Positions 26,995 through 35,920 of a stretch of DNA of 64,000 nucleotides are shown piece after piece; positions within the stretch are counted from its first letter, which is position 1; each line of letters begins with the position of its first letter. Source of the stretch: a virus (lineage: Duplodnaviria > Caudoviricetes); IMG/VR virus record IMGVR_UViG_3300037507_003370, positions 142,292-206,291 of that record; one strand, given 5' to 3'. The notes under the pieces were generated by a model. The model was not told where the DNA came from, searched no databases, and saw nothing but the letters and a program-made list of their open reading frames with translations. A program made the translations under genes and the position numbers.

Positions 26995-27693
26995 TTATTG
27001 TCTTTGTCTCCATTTCTTTATATATGTATAATCAATATTTGGATCTATTTTTATTGTAAAATCTGCAATAACAAGTCCAGGCATATCCAAGTATTGTTTT
27101 GAAATTTCTAATCTATCAAATAAAATAGACCATGCACGTTCCCACGCACATGATCCATTTTTGCAATCTGCTTTTTTTATACTTTTATAAGTATCAGATT
27201 CTATAATCTTTAAGAAAGTTTCTCTTGATGTAGAGAAACAATTATAGTGTACAATATCCCACTTTTTTGACCAACTCTCAGCAATATCTATTTGTGAGTT
27301 CAGCCAATCAAAAGATGGCTGATGTTCTTGCCATCCGCTTTGTCTACCTTCGAAAATTATAGCTGTATTTGTTGGTATTTTATAAAGGATATCTATGTGT
27401 TTTTTAATTATGAATGAATCTTGTATGAATGTAAAATATTGAAAATCATTGCTGTATTTTCTATATCCAATATCGTAAGCTCCAACCTCATAATTTACAT
27501 TATTAATATCTTCTATTATTACATTTTGATTTATTGTTTTTATTTTATCAAAATATGACTTATCTTCTGATTTATTGTCTATAACAATAGGAATGCTATC
27601 CGGATAATTCTCTGTTATTGATGTAATATTTTCGATAATATCATTGCATTTTTCAGAATATTTTGTAGCTATTATTATAGCGTGTGAGTTCAT
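26995..27693 (-). CDS. Glycosyltransferase-like protein
   Basis: VIDNKS, YEVGA, FIQDS, AWERAW; located in the glycan-gene context. Confidence 0.5.
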   Translation of the reverse strand: MNSHAIIIATKYSEKCNDIIENITSITENYPDSIPIVIDNKSEDKSYFDKIKTINQNVIIEDINNVNYEVGAYDIGYRKYSNDFQYFTFIQDSFIIKKHIDILYKIPTNTAIIFEGRQSGWQEHQPSFDWLNSQIDIAESWSKKWDIVHYNCFSTSRETFLKIIESDTYKSIKKADCKNGSCAWERAWSILFDRLEISKQYLDMPGLVIADFTIKIDPNIDYTYIKKWRQRQ

Positions 27694-27696
27694 TTG

Positions 27697-28599
27697 TTAC
27701 CTCATAGGGAAATTGCCTAGCACTCTACCTTTCTGTGTACGCATTACATATCCTTTTCTTATCATATACGGCTCTATACTGTTTTCTATGGTCTCAATAG
27801 CTATTCCACTGATAGAAGATATGCTTTTTAACCCTAGCGGTGTTCCTCTATGTTTTTGTAAAACCTCAATATATAACCTATCATAGATATCAAAACCATT
27901 ACTATCTACACCCTGATTTAGGAATACTTTATTTATGTCCTGTTCTTTATCCTGATGATATGAGGTATAGCTTTGATACCAATTTAATCTGGCATTAAGA
28001 ATTCTAGGAGTACCCTTGCTTCTTTTAGCAATTTCTAATAAGTCAGATTCATTTATCATTAGTCCGAGCTTTTTTGCGTTCGACTCCGCTAGTTTAGCTA
28101 AGTCATTATCGCTATAAAAGATCAAATGTTCTTTAATTTGAAACCTATCATAGAATGGCTGACTTAGATTTCCTCCAGTTGTTGTTGCTCCTATTAATGT
28201 AAAAGGAGGAATATCTATTTGCTCTGGCTCCTTTTCTAAAACTAGATTTAGAACAAAATCTTCCATAACAGGATACAAGAATTCTTCTACCACTATTGGT
28301 AGTCTATGTATTTCATCTATAAAAAGAACAGAGTTTCTCGATATATTCATTAAATACGGTAAGATATTTTTTATTGCTCTAATATTAGCCGCATTAACGA
28401 CATATATGTTTGCATTTAGCTCATTCGCTATAGCACTTGCCATAGTAGTTTTACCAAGCCCAGGAGGCCCGTCTATTAAAATATGCGGCATCGCATTGCC
28501 AGACTTTAAACACCCTGACACAATGATCCTCATTCTCTCAACAACTTCTGATTGTCCAATAATATCATCAAATTTTGATGGCCTAACTATGTTCGACAT
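27697..28599 (-). CDS. ruvB: Holliday-junction branch-migration AAA+ ATPase RuvB
   Basis: RPSKFDDIIGQ, GPPGLGKTT, FIDEIHRL, TLIGATT, KGTPR, IEPYMI..G...RTQKGR; likely start MSNIVRP. Confidence 0.93.
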   Translation of the reverse strand: MSNIVRPSKFDDIIGQSEVVERMRIIVSGCLKSGNAMPHILIDGPPGLGKTTMASAIANELNANIYVVNAANIRAIKNILPYLMNISRNSVLFIDEIHRLPIVVEEFLYPVMEDFVLNLVLEKEPEQIDIPPFTLIGATTTGGNLSQPFYDRFQIKEHLIFYSDNDLAKLAESNAKKLGLMINESDLLEIAKRSKGTPRILNARLNWYQSYTSYHQDKEQDINKVFLNQGVDSNGFDIYDRLYIEVLQKHRGTPLGLKSISSISGIAIETIENSIEPYMIRKGYVMRTQKGRVLGNFPMR

Positions 28600-28960
28600 T
28601 TTGTTCTCCAATTTTTTTAAGTGCAATCTTCAATATTTGTACAGGATCTGTTATGTCATTTTCTTTTATTGCTTTTTCAACAGCATATGTTGCTTCTTGT
28701 TTTGAAAAACCATAATTAAGCAATCCAGAAATTGCTTTCTTTATATAGTCTTTTTCATTTGTAATTACTGCGTTCTTTTTTGTTTTATATTTAATCTTGA
28801 AAGAATCTACAGTTTTAACTTTCAATATTTTTTTACAGTCACATACGATTAAGAATTTGTCTGTTTTTGCTTCATGTATGGATAACCAATGGTTATATCC
28901 ACAATTCGGGCATGAATATTTTAAATGTAAATCGTATTCAGTTGGCTTTAAATTTTTCAT
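28583..28960 (-). CDS. Zinc ribbon fused to RuvA domain III (RuvB-binding domain)
   Basis: CPNC...CDC N-terminus; C-terminal KAISGLLNYGFSKQEA...ILKIALKKI matches RuvA_C; overlaps the ruvB start. Confidence 0.7.
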   Translation of the reverse strand: MKNLKPTEYDLHLKYSCPNCGYNHWLSIHEAKTDKFLIVCDCKKILKVKTVDSFKIKYKTKKNAVITNEKDYIKKAISGLLNYGFSKQEATYAVEKAIKENDITDPVQILKIALKKIGEQNVEHS

Positions 28961-29351
28961 CTGGGTTATCTTTTATCCAAAAAATAAAATCATTCGACTC
29001 ATCATCAAAACCACTATCCAATACGCCCTTATTGACTAAATTATTTAGCATATTGCTTATCATTCTAGAATTTAGGCTATCTATAAATTTTGAAAACTGA
29101 ATATCCGATATGATATATCTTATGTCATTTGTTTTTTTGTTTTTTTGTTGCTTGACATATTCTTTTAATAAAACTTCTGATTCTTCATAAGAAAGTATTT
29201 TGTTTAGTTCGCCTTCTTCCTCAGAAGTTATTTCATAGATAGAATCATTCTGCTTGATATCTCCAAATGTATTAAATACTAAAATTCTAGTAGAATTAAT
29301 AAATTGCTCGATATCTTTAATGACATACCACCCATCATCTGTAGAACTCAT
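28938..29351 (-). CDS. Hypothetical protein
   Basis: 137-aa ORF with GGAA RBS; C-terminus resembles 48429..48851. Confidence 0.6.
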   Translation of the reverse strand: MSSTDDGWYVIKDIEQFINSTRILVFNTFGDIKQNDSIYEITSEEEGELNKILSYEESEVLLKEYVKQQKNKKTNDIRYIISDIQFSKFIDSLNSRMISNMLNNLVNKGVLDSGFDDESNDFIFWIKDNPDEKFKAN

Positions 29352-29359
29352 GATATTTC

Positions 29360-29773
29360 CTAATTAAGTATCTCGTACAATCCCTTATAATATTTTGGCT
29401 GCTGTAAAAAATACCCAGCATGACTTTGTAGATGTTTGACATATTCACTCGCTAATTTGTTTTGAATAAAATGTTTCTTTTTCCATATTCCTTCGTTCCA
29501 ATAGTTGTTCCCCAAGTACAGGGACTTTTTATCATCCGCTGTACTGGAGAACGAACTATTCACAGGTAACGCAATCGGAGAAAATCCATCTGGAAGTAAA
29601 GGAGTATTATAGTTAGGTAGGTTCTTCAACGCATCCTCTATAACTTCCTTAGTTATCCATTTATATTCTATCTTATTGAGCAGACTATCCATATATTTCT
29701 TGATCCATTCAGTATCTATCTGAAAGTAGAATTTGTAGGGATCATTATCTTCTGGATTGTCAGGATTGTTCAT
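29360..29773 (-). CDS. Hypothetical protein
   Basis: 137-aa ORF in operon. Confidence 0.55.
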   Translation of the reverse strand: MNNPDNPEDNDPYKFYFQIDTEWIKKYMDSLLNKIEYKWITKEVIEDALKNLPNYNTPLLPDGFSPIALPVNSSFSSTADDKKSLYLGNNYWNEGIWKKKHFIQNKLASEYVKHLQSHAGYFLQQPKYYKGLYEILN

Positions 29774-29776
29774 AAT

Positions 29777-30955
29777 TTAACCCACACAAAACTTATCGCT
29801 AATCTGGCTTGCCAAGTCTCTGGCAGCACCAGAAAGGAATCGGTTGTTGCTGAAATACAACGCTGTGGATGCTTGGTTGAGGTACTCGACCACCGTTTTT
29901 AAAAGTTTGGCCTGCTCCCCACTCAAAACTAAACCACTGTCACCAGCATGAGAAGGCAATACTGGCGACGGATCACCATAAGCCTTTTCAAACTTGTTGT
30001 TGTAAGCCTTTGAAAGATTCTCGTTGTAACTATTTGGAGTCTCGTTATAAGACGCCCAAGCACTACTCATAGAGTTCTTTTGACCACAACAATCAGAGGT
30101 ACTATTTGTATAGACTGCCCTTTGAGTATTAAGTTCATTCAGAATTTTTGCAGCAGCATCAACCGTTACAGGAAGTCCAGTAGCATCAGACTTCTTATAG
30201 GTTTTTCTCCACTGGTCAAACCAAGCATCACTAGTAGCATTAGGAACAATAGTTACTGTTGCTGGTTGACCATTTAATGCAGAGATTAAATCTTGAACAT
30301 TAACGCTCTGACCAGTTGAGCCATTTAGAATACTGGTAAAGTAAGATGCTTTCTTTTCCCAGCACTTACGCCACCAAGTATAAGGAACTCGATAAATCTG
30401 ATTAATCTTGATGGCTCGTGCATCTCCACCAAAGTAATTTACCAGTTTCTTCTGAATACCATTCCATGTGGTTTGATTAACTAGAGTTCGACTTTGATCA
30501 TCCATAATCCAATAAATCTGATAACCATTACGAGTATCAACTACCCAACTTGGCTTAACAGCAAAGTTATTGATCTTATCAAGAGCAGACTGCTTAAACT
30601 TCATAACCTCTTTTGAGGGCAGATAGTTTCCAGCAGCGTCTCGTCCAGCATCAATATCTACAAAACAACAAGCAATGGTATTGATAGCATACTGCTTTCG
30701 TCCACCGTTAACATAGAAGTAAGCATCAGAGTTGCTATTCTCATTAGCATTACGAACCTCAACAAGATCATTAGTATGCTTCATGCTACTAATTTTTCTG
30801 CGAGGATCTCCATTATAACAAAAAATATGACCAGCATTTAGATTAAAAGAATTTAGAAACTGCTCTTGCAGTCCATTCCACGAATTAGCATAACGCTTTT
30901 CAGCACTGCTATTAGCCTTATCATACGGATTAAAACCAAGTTCCATCTTAAACAT
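29777..30955 (-). CDS. RepB'-type (AEP superfamily) primase-like protein
   Basis: YFYVNGG, FVDID, PSWVVDTRNGYQIYW, IYRVP. Confidence 0.75.
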   Translation of the reverse strand: MFKMELGFNPYDKANSSAEKRYANSWNGLQEQFLNSFNLNAGHIFCYNGDPRRKISSMKHTNDLVEVRNANENSNSDAYFYVNGGRKQYAINTIACCFVDIDAGRDAAGNYLPSKEVMKFKQSALDKINNFAVKPSWVVDTRNGYQIYWIMDDQSRTLVNQTTWNGIQKKLVNYFGGDARAIKINQIYRVPYTWWRKCWEKKASYFTSILNGSTGQSVNVQDLISALNGQPATVTIVPNATSDAWFDQWRKTYKKSDATGLPVTVDAAAKILNELNTQRAVYTNSTSDCCGQKNSMSSAWASYNETPNSYNENLSKAYNNKFEKAYGDPSPVLPSHAGDSGLVLSGEQAKLLKTVVEYLNQASTALYFSNNRFLSGAARDLASQISDKFCVG

Positions 30956-30993
30956 ATTTCACCGTTACCTGTAATTGTAAACAACCCAAACCA

Positions 30994-31030
30994 ATATCGG
31001 GATAGCAACCTCTACTATCATTAGCGATAT
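30994..31030. other. Stem-loop (ATATCG/CGATAT enclosing GATAG/CTATC)
   Basis: Pairings read directly; lies just 3' of the tRNA-like element on the minus strand. Confidence 0.45.
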
Positions 31031-31034
31031 AAAA

Positions 31035-31120
31035 TAGCGGGAGAGGAATTGAACCTCTCTCAAATAGCGTTTGTTGAGTTTCCCAACCAGAGGCTATTAT
31101 CTTAGTCACCAGACTCCACT
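31035..31120 (-). ncRNA. tRNA-like element with an enlarged anticodon arm
   Basis: T-arm AGAGG-TTCAATT-CCTCT; imperfect acceptor AGTGG/CCGCT; stem AATAGC/GCTATT enclosing 24 nt. Confidence 0.4.
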
Positions 31121-31133
31121 TTATTTTTATTAA

Positions 31134-31997
31134 TCAGTTATAATCGTCGTAATCTTCCTCATCATCTTCTTCAGCATAAGCCTCTTCGTCATCATCCTCA
31201 TTCCATCCCCAATCATAGTCATTATCATAATCTTCGTCCTCGTCCTCATAATCATCCTCACTAAAGACAGATGAATAAAGAGGCTTGAGAAGTTCGCCTT
31301 GATACTCTCCGACAACTTCATATCGGCAAGTGCGAAGTTTCTCATAGTTACAATCACTAGGAACGCTCACAACATCAGCAGGATTAATCTTAACGATAAC
31401 AATCTTGTCACCGCTTTCAAGACTACCATAACCGGCTACATAATTCAATGCACCAGCATGAAGCCCATTAGAACAACCTCGACCACGATCATCATCAACC
31501 TTTGATCGAGTCATTTCACAAACATTACCAACATGATTATCAAATACTCCGCGATATTTATCCATGTAATCTGCTCTGACTGCCTTATAGGCAAGGAAAT
31601 AACCATCCTCAGTAATGGGCAGATGCTCATGCTCAAGGAAATCATAGAGTTCCTTTTGACTCTGCATACTGGGATTTTCCATAAGATTATTCAGGAAATT
31701 AACAAGAGGCTGGAAAGGCAGACCCTTACTCATGAACTCCAGAATTCTCTTGCTAATAGACCCATGAACAACTTCGCCCTCATAAGTTACCTGACCATTC
31801 TTGATCTCAACAAGACCGTCACTAAAAGTAGCAACTGCCTTCTCAATATCAATCATTTCAAGCAACTCGTCAGATGTTGCAGTAGGCAATGCCTCCAGAA
31901 TCATCTTATAGTTAAGGTGGTCAGGCAGAACTTGAAAACTCTTGTTGTTCAGCACAACCGTCAGATTACCATCAACAAACATAAACGGAACACTCAT
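31134..31997 (-). CDS. rIIB: rIIB-like protein
   Basis: NPSMQSQKELYDFL, LPITEDGYFLAYKAV, CSNGLH, KINPADVVSVPSD; downstream of rIIA; acidic tail. Confidence 0.9.
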   Translation of the reverse strand: MSVPFMFVDGNLTVVLNNKSFQVLPDHLNYKMILEALPTATSDELLEMIDIEKAVATFSDGLVEIKNGQVTYEGEVVHGSISKRILEFMSKGLPFQPLVNFLNNLMENPSMQSQKELYDFLEHEHLPITEDGYFLAYKAVRADYMDKYRGVFDNHVGNVCEMTRSKVDDDRGRGCSNGLHAGALNYVAGYGSLESGDKIVIVKINPADVVSVPSDCNYEKLRTCRYEVVGEYQGELLKPLYSSVFSEDDYEDEDEDYDNDYDWGWNEDDDEEAYAEEDDEEDYDDYN

Positions 31998-32033
31998 GAT
32001 ATAAACTCCTATTGTTTTTAGTTACCTTGTGAA

Positions 32034-34694
32034 TTACTTGATCAAACTACTTAACTGAATCTTAAACAATTCAACCTTGTCGCTATCCATACTCTCAACC
32101 CATATAGTATTATTTCTCTTACCATAATAATTATCAGCAAATTGAGAGATAGGATTATTCTTGCTGTCCAAATCTCTAAGACTGCCGTTATTCTGGTTGC
32201 TTCCCATAATATACTTCAACATCGGGTTCTTGTCAACCTCGACTTTAAGAATTTTCTTCAAGTCTGCCGCTTTGGTCAACTTATACTTGATTGCTTTAGC
32301 ATCAGACTTAAACAATTTAGTATATCCCTCAATATCATCAGAATGGTCAAACATCTGATGTTGAATATTTATAAGAGTGTTATATTGTACATTTTTCTTC
32401 TTGAGTTCCTTACTATCAAGATGATCAATACCTCGATCCTTGAGCAAAGAGTTGATATGGTCAAAATATTCAGTCTGAGAGAATCGTTTCAGATCAAAAG
32501 TTGCTCTGTGCATAGTATCAGCAAAGAATTCCATTACAAGAAAACTATCAATAATATTGGATAGTTCAGTATTCTTGATATATTTCTTATATTCAAGACC
32601 AAAAATACTCAACATATGACAAGAGAACTGACTAACCAATGTTCCATGATTATAATAATAATTATCGTTATCACCATCCTTACTGATAAATTCCTTTTTG
32701 TAGAATTCAACAATAGAGTTGTACTCATTGGTATTGTTAAAATAATTCTTAATCTTTGTTGAGAGAATCTTCTTGAACCAAGTGTTAAAGTCAACAAGAT
32801 TGTGTCCTTCACTGGTCATTTTTGCTACAAAATTGTTCTTGATAGCATAAACCTTCACATCTCCAAACAGTCCCTTGATATTCTCATTACCAAATAGCGA
32901 TACAATATTATTAATCTTAGGAAACTCTGGTGTGCTTTGATAACGAAGAATAGGAACATAAATGATAGAATCACTATCGCTCAATTCATCTAGTTCGTCA
33001 CTTGTAAGAGTTTTCAAACTTAGGGCATCGTTATATTCGACACTAAGTTTACCAGAATCCTTAGACTGACCATGAATAAAGAATATGTCTTGATCGCTCA
33101 CACTACCATTACTATTTCTGACTCCACTTTTACGAGGGCCAGAACTTTGAGTAAGATGCTTATAGTCAGAAACCTTGAGCAGATTCTCACTACCGACATC
33201 ATTAATCAGATCATCAAAACCCTTATCGCTTTGAGTATGATCCTTTGTATCCATAATCATGTAAGCAAAGCAATCATTTTGACTACAATAACGTGTCACA
33301 ATCTTCTTTGCAGTTTCTTCTGACTTAACATCACAAACGAAGAAAGCAATTTTCCCATTCTTCTTCTGACTATTCCAGTAAGAATATCCCTTACCCGTCA
33401 GAGTATCGTGATGGATTTTGTCTGTTAGAGAAATAAGGCGTCGTGAACGATACCCGCTGCTCTTGTAATTAAAAACGTACAGGTTCTTGCCAGTCTTGAT
33501 TTTATATTCAAGGTCAGCACCACTATTAATATTGTGGCTCTTACCATTAGGGTCAGTCCAAGATGCACCAACACCCCATCCACCAGACAATTCATTCATC
33601 TGATAATATGTTGTGATAGCCTCAATCTTAGTCTTAGCAGCAGAAATTTTCTTGCTAAATTCATCCTTCATCTCAAGATAAATCTCTTGAGTCTTTTGAC
33701 GCAGAGTTTTAATAACGCCCTTAGTATACTGCAAACCTTCACGGGAAACATCCATTTCCAGTTCGCCAATACCAAAATCAAGTTCCAGATAAAGACCAGA
33801 GTTAATGATCTCAGTAACAAAACTCTTCCACGAATCAATATCGGCCTTCTGGAAAGCCCTATTCCACTTGGCAATATGATCTGGTTGATCCTCCTTCTCC
33901 TGACCAATAATCTGAGCAGTCTGAACAGGATATGCAATATTACCCATGATAGCAACAACGCCACTATCAATACGGTGATAGTTGTTGGGATAATACTGGG
34001 TGTCGTTATTAAGTCTGCAAACTCTCCAACCATTACCACTAATAACAATATTAGTATTGCTATACTTATGATCTTGCAGATTATCTCCAAGTCCACCTTC
34101 AATAATGGGTTTCATTCGGAAATAATGGAAAATCCTGATAGCCTTATTGGTAAACTCACTAAAATCATGATTCTTAACAGCAAAACTGATTTCAAGACCA
34201 TTAGCCTCGTCAGTTTCGCAAGTATTAAAAAGATTCAGAGTAGGAACACCACTATCATCAATAGCGGCAATATAGGTATACTTAGTTCCATTGTAATAAG
34301 AACTAGTAGTAAAACTCTTGGTATAAGCAAAAGGACTCTTGCTACCAAGACCAAGACAACCTACAAAATCGTTACTATCATTCTTGTTAGAAGCACCATA
34401 GGTCGTATAAAGGTTCTCCATATCACCCTGACTAAGACCAGTGCCATAATCACGCACGGTAAAAGAAGGATTAGCAGATGTTGGCAAGATCACCTTGAAG
34501 GGATTCTTATTGCCAGCACTAATATGACTATCATAAGCATTAGTAGATAGTTCACGAATGACTGCTTGAACCTTATCGGAATAAAGAGAGTCCGAAAGGA
34601 TTTTAAACATTTTGCTAGTCTGAGCGATTGTAAAACCAGACTCGCTACGAACACCAGCACTATGAGTCTCAATAACGCGATCTGCCAACTTCAT
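32034..34694 (-). CDS. rIIA: rIIA-like protein (N-terminal GHKL/Hsp90-like ATPase)
   Basis: LYSDK..AVIRELSTNAYD, VRDYGTG, GCLGLGSKSPFAY. Confidence 0.9.
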   Translation of the reverse strand: MKLADRVIETHSAGVRSESGFTIAQTSKMFKILSDSLYSDKVQAVIRELSTNAYDSHISAGNKNPFKVILPTSANPSFTVRDYGTGLSQGDMENLYTTYGASNKNDSNDFVGCLGLGSKSPFAYTKSFTTSSYYNGTKYTYIAAIDDSGVPTLNLFNTCETDEANGLEISFAVKNHDFSEFTNKAIRIFHYFRMKPIIEGGLGDNLQDHKYSNTNIVISGNGWRVCRLNNDTQYYPNNYHRIDSGVVAIMGNIAYPVQTAQIIGQEKEDQPDHIAKWNRAFQKADIDSWKSFVTEIINSGLYLELDFGIGELEMDVSREGLQYTKGVIKTLRQKTQEIYLEMKDEFSKKISAAKTKIEAITTYYQMNELSGGWGVGASWTDPNGKSHNINSGADLEYKIKTGKNLYVFNYKSSGYRSRRLISLTDKIHHDTLTGKGYSYWNSQKKNGKIAFFVCDVKSEETAKKIVTRYCSQNDCFAYMIMDTKDHTQSDKGFDDLINDVGSENLLKVSDYKHLTQSSGPRKSGVRNSNGSVSDQDIFFIHGQSKDSGKLSVEYNDALSLKTLTSDELDELSDSDSIIYVPILRYQSTPEFPKINNIVSLFGNENIKGLFGDVKVYAIKNNFVAKMTSEGHNLVDFNTWFKKILSTKIKNYFNNTNEYNSIVEFYKKEFISKDGDNDNYYYNHGTLVSQFSCHMLSIFGLEYKKYIKNTELSNIIDSFLVMEFFADTMHRATFDLKRFSQTEYFDHINSLLKDRGIDHLDSKELKKKNVQYNTLINIQHQMFDHSDDIEGYTKLFKSDAKAIKYKLTKAADLKKILKVEVDKNPMLKYIMGSNQNNGSLRDLDSKNNPISQFADNYYGKRNNTIWVESMDSDKVELFKIQLSSLIK

Positions 34695-34711
34695 CTTTAT
34701 GTCTCCAAATG

Positions 34712-34732
34712 TCCTGTGAATCGTTCCTGTGA
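34712..34732 (-). promoter_or_regulatory. Direct repeat TCACAGGA x2 in the rIIA 5' leader
   Basis: Copies at 34725-34732 and 34712-34719, upstream of the GGAG RBS at 34703-34706. Confidence 0.45.
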
Positions 34733-34739
34733 TAGTCCA

Positions 34740-34767
34740 ATCATACCACAGTGTTATCGGTTGTCAA
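34740..34767 (-). promoter_or_regulatory. Promoter TTGACA-N16-TATGAT with CCGATA in the spacer
   Basis: Upstream of rIIA; extended -10 TG present. Confidence 0.8.
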
Positions 34768-35009
34768 GCCCCTCTATCTTTAGATTGTATCGCCATCCAT
34801 CCTAAATATGCCGTAAGCAAACCAAAAAATCTGAGTAAATTAACTGGTAAAAAACACCAATATATTCCTATTAAAATACTCAAAAGTCCCATTATGTATA
34901 TCACGAATTTTGGAATGAATCTTGATTTACTTAATAGCCAAGTTGCTGGTCCAAGTAGCACCACAAATAAAAACATTAGTGATACCAATAGTGCCAAACT
35001 AGCCATCAA
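34764..35009 (-). CDS. Small membrane protein
   Basis: Three hydrophobic segments. Confidence 0.55.
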   Translation of the reverse strand: MMASLALLVSLMFLFVVLLGPATWLLSKSRFIPKFVIYIMGLLSILIGIYWCFLPVNLLRFFGLLTAYLGWMAIQSKDRGA

Positions 35010-35356
35010 CTTTCATCCTCATAAGTATTCCATTCGCTTTCTTCCTCATCGTCTTCGTCATCATTGTTGTATGAGAAATTTCTTTCATCATAAGGAGTCC
35101 AATCTTCTTCGTCATCTAAATCGTCCCCGTTCATTGATTCAGCATCCTCAATAAAGACCGTAATAGTGTTGAGTATATCGAATAATTTAATAAGAGTATC
35201 ATCCATAGATCTAATCTTAGATTCTATATTTTTGACACTTTTTTTAAGATCAGATATTTCTTTAACTACTTCTTTAGATATATTATTATCTATATTGTGT
35301 AGTTCTTTATTTTGCTTATTAATTTCTCTGATTATATCGTTAAATTCTTTAGACAT
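35006..35356 (-). CDS. Hypothetical coiled-coil protein with acidic tail
   Basis: 116-aa ORF, GGAG RBS. Confidence 0.6.
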   Translation of the reverse strand: MSKEFNDIIREINKQNKELHNIDNNISKEVVKEISDLKKSVKNIESKIRSMDDTLIKLFDILNTITVFIEDAESMNGDDLDDEEDWTPYDERNFSYNNDDEDDEEESEWNTYEDES

Positions 35357-35389
35357 AAATTATACTCCTTATACTAAAGAATACACCAT

Positions 35390-35920
35390 CTAATCACACC
35401 AATAACCATTACTACAACGACACTGATACCTATTACAATAGTCGCATTTTGGCCCAGGTTTTCCAAATCCCCAAGCATTTGCGATACTACTAAAACTCTC
35501 AGCCCCAGTATCAATACAAACTAGTTTAGCCTTATTGTTTCGCTTAACATATCCCACGTTCCAATAATGACAATCCCAAAATCTTAGGCGAGTTTTATTT
35601 TCGATAGTTTCCACAAGATTTTGAATATCTCGTAGTCTTTTTTTCATCACCTTTTCATCAAGTATTTTTGCTCGCTCTGTAACATATCCCCAATCAGTAT
35701 CGTCTCCCCATTGATATTTTAGTTTGGTAATTTTACCAACAACTTTTGGAGCAAGATCAAATTTACTCAATAATTTTTGTTTGTTATAGGCTATAGTGGC
35801 ACTCTTTTTACTACCAAATTGTTTGAATCCAAGAGTTTTATCCTCTTTTATCCAATAAAATTCAGCACAACCACCTTCCTCAAAACAACCAAAACCATCA
35901 TCGTGAATTGTATACTTCAT
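35390..35920 (-). CDS. Protein kinase-like fold protein
   Basis: EGGCA Gly-loop-like segment, GFK, APKV, YVTE, DCHYWNV (catalytic-loop-like), CIDTG. Confidence 0.6.
   Translation of the reverse strand: MKYTIHDDGFGCFEEGGCAEFYWIKEDKTLGFKQFGSKKSATIAYNKQKLLSKFDLAPKVVGKITKLKYQWGDDTDWGYVTERAKILDEKVMKKRLRDIQNLVETIENKTRLRFWDCHYWNVGYVKRNNKAKLVCIDTGAESFSSIANAWGFGKPGPKCDYCNRYQCRCSNGYWCD

Noticed and set aside
29777-30955. Primase inactive because motif II reads GYQIYW rather than GxHxY
   Set aside because: Gln at this position occurs in RepB'-type primases as I recall, and the DxD motif is intact.
30994-31030. HDV-like (theta) ribozyme 3' of the tRNA-like element
   Set aside because: No HDV L3 consensus, no separate P2 3' strand and no J4/2 catalytic C context; it is only a simple hairpin.
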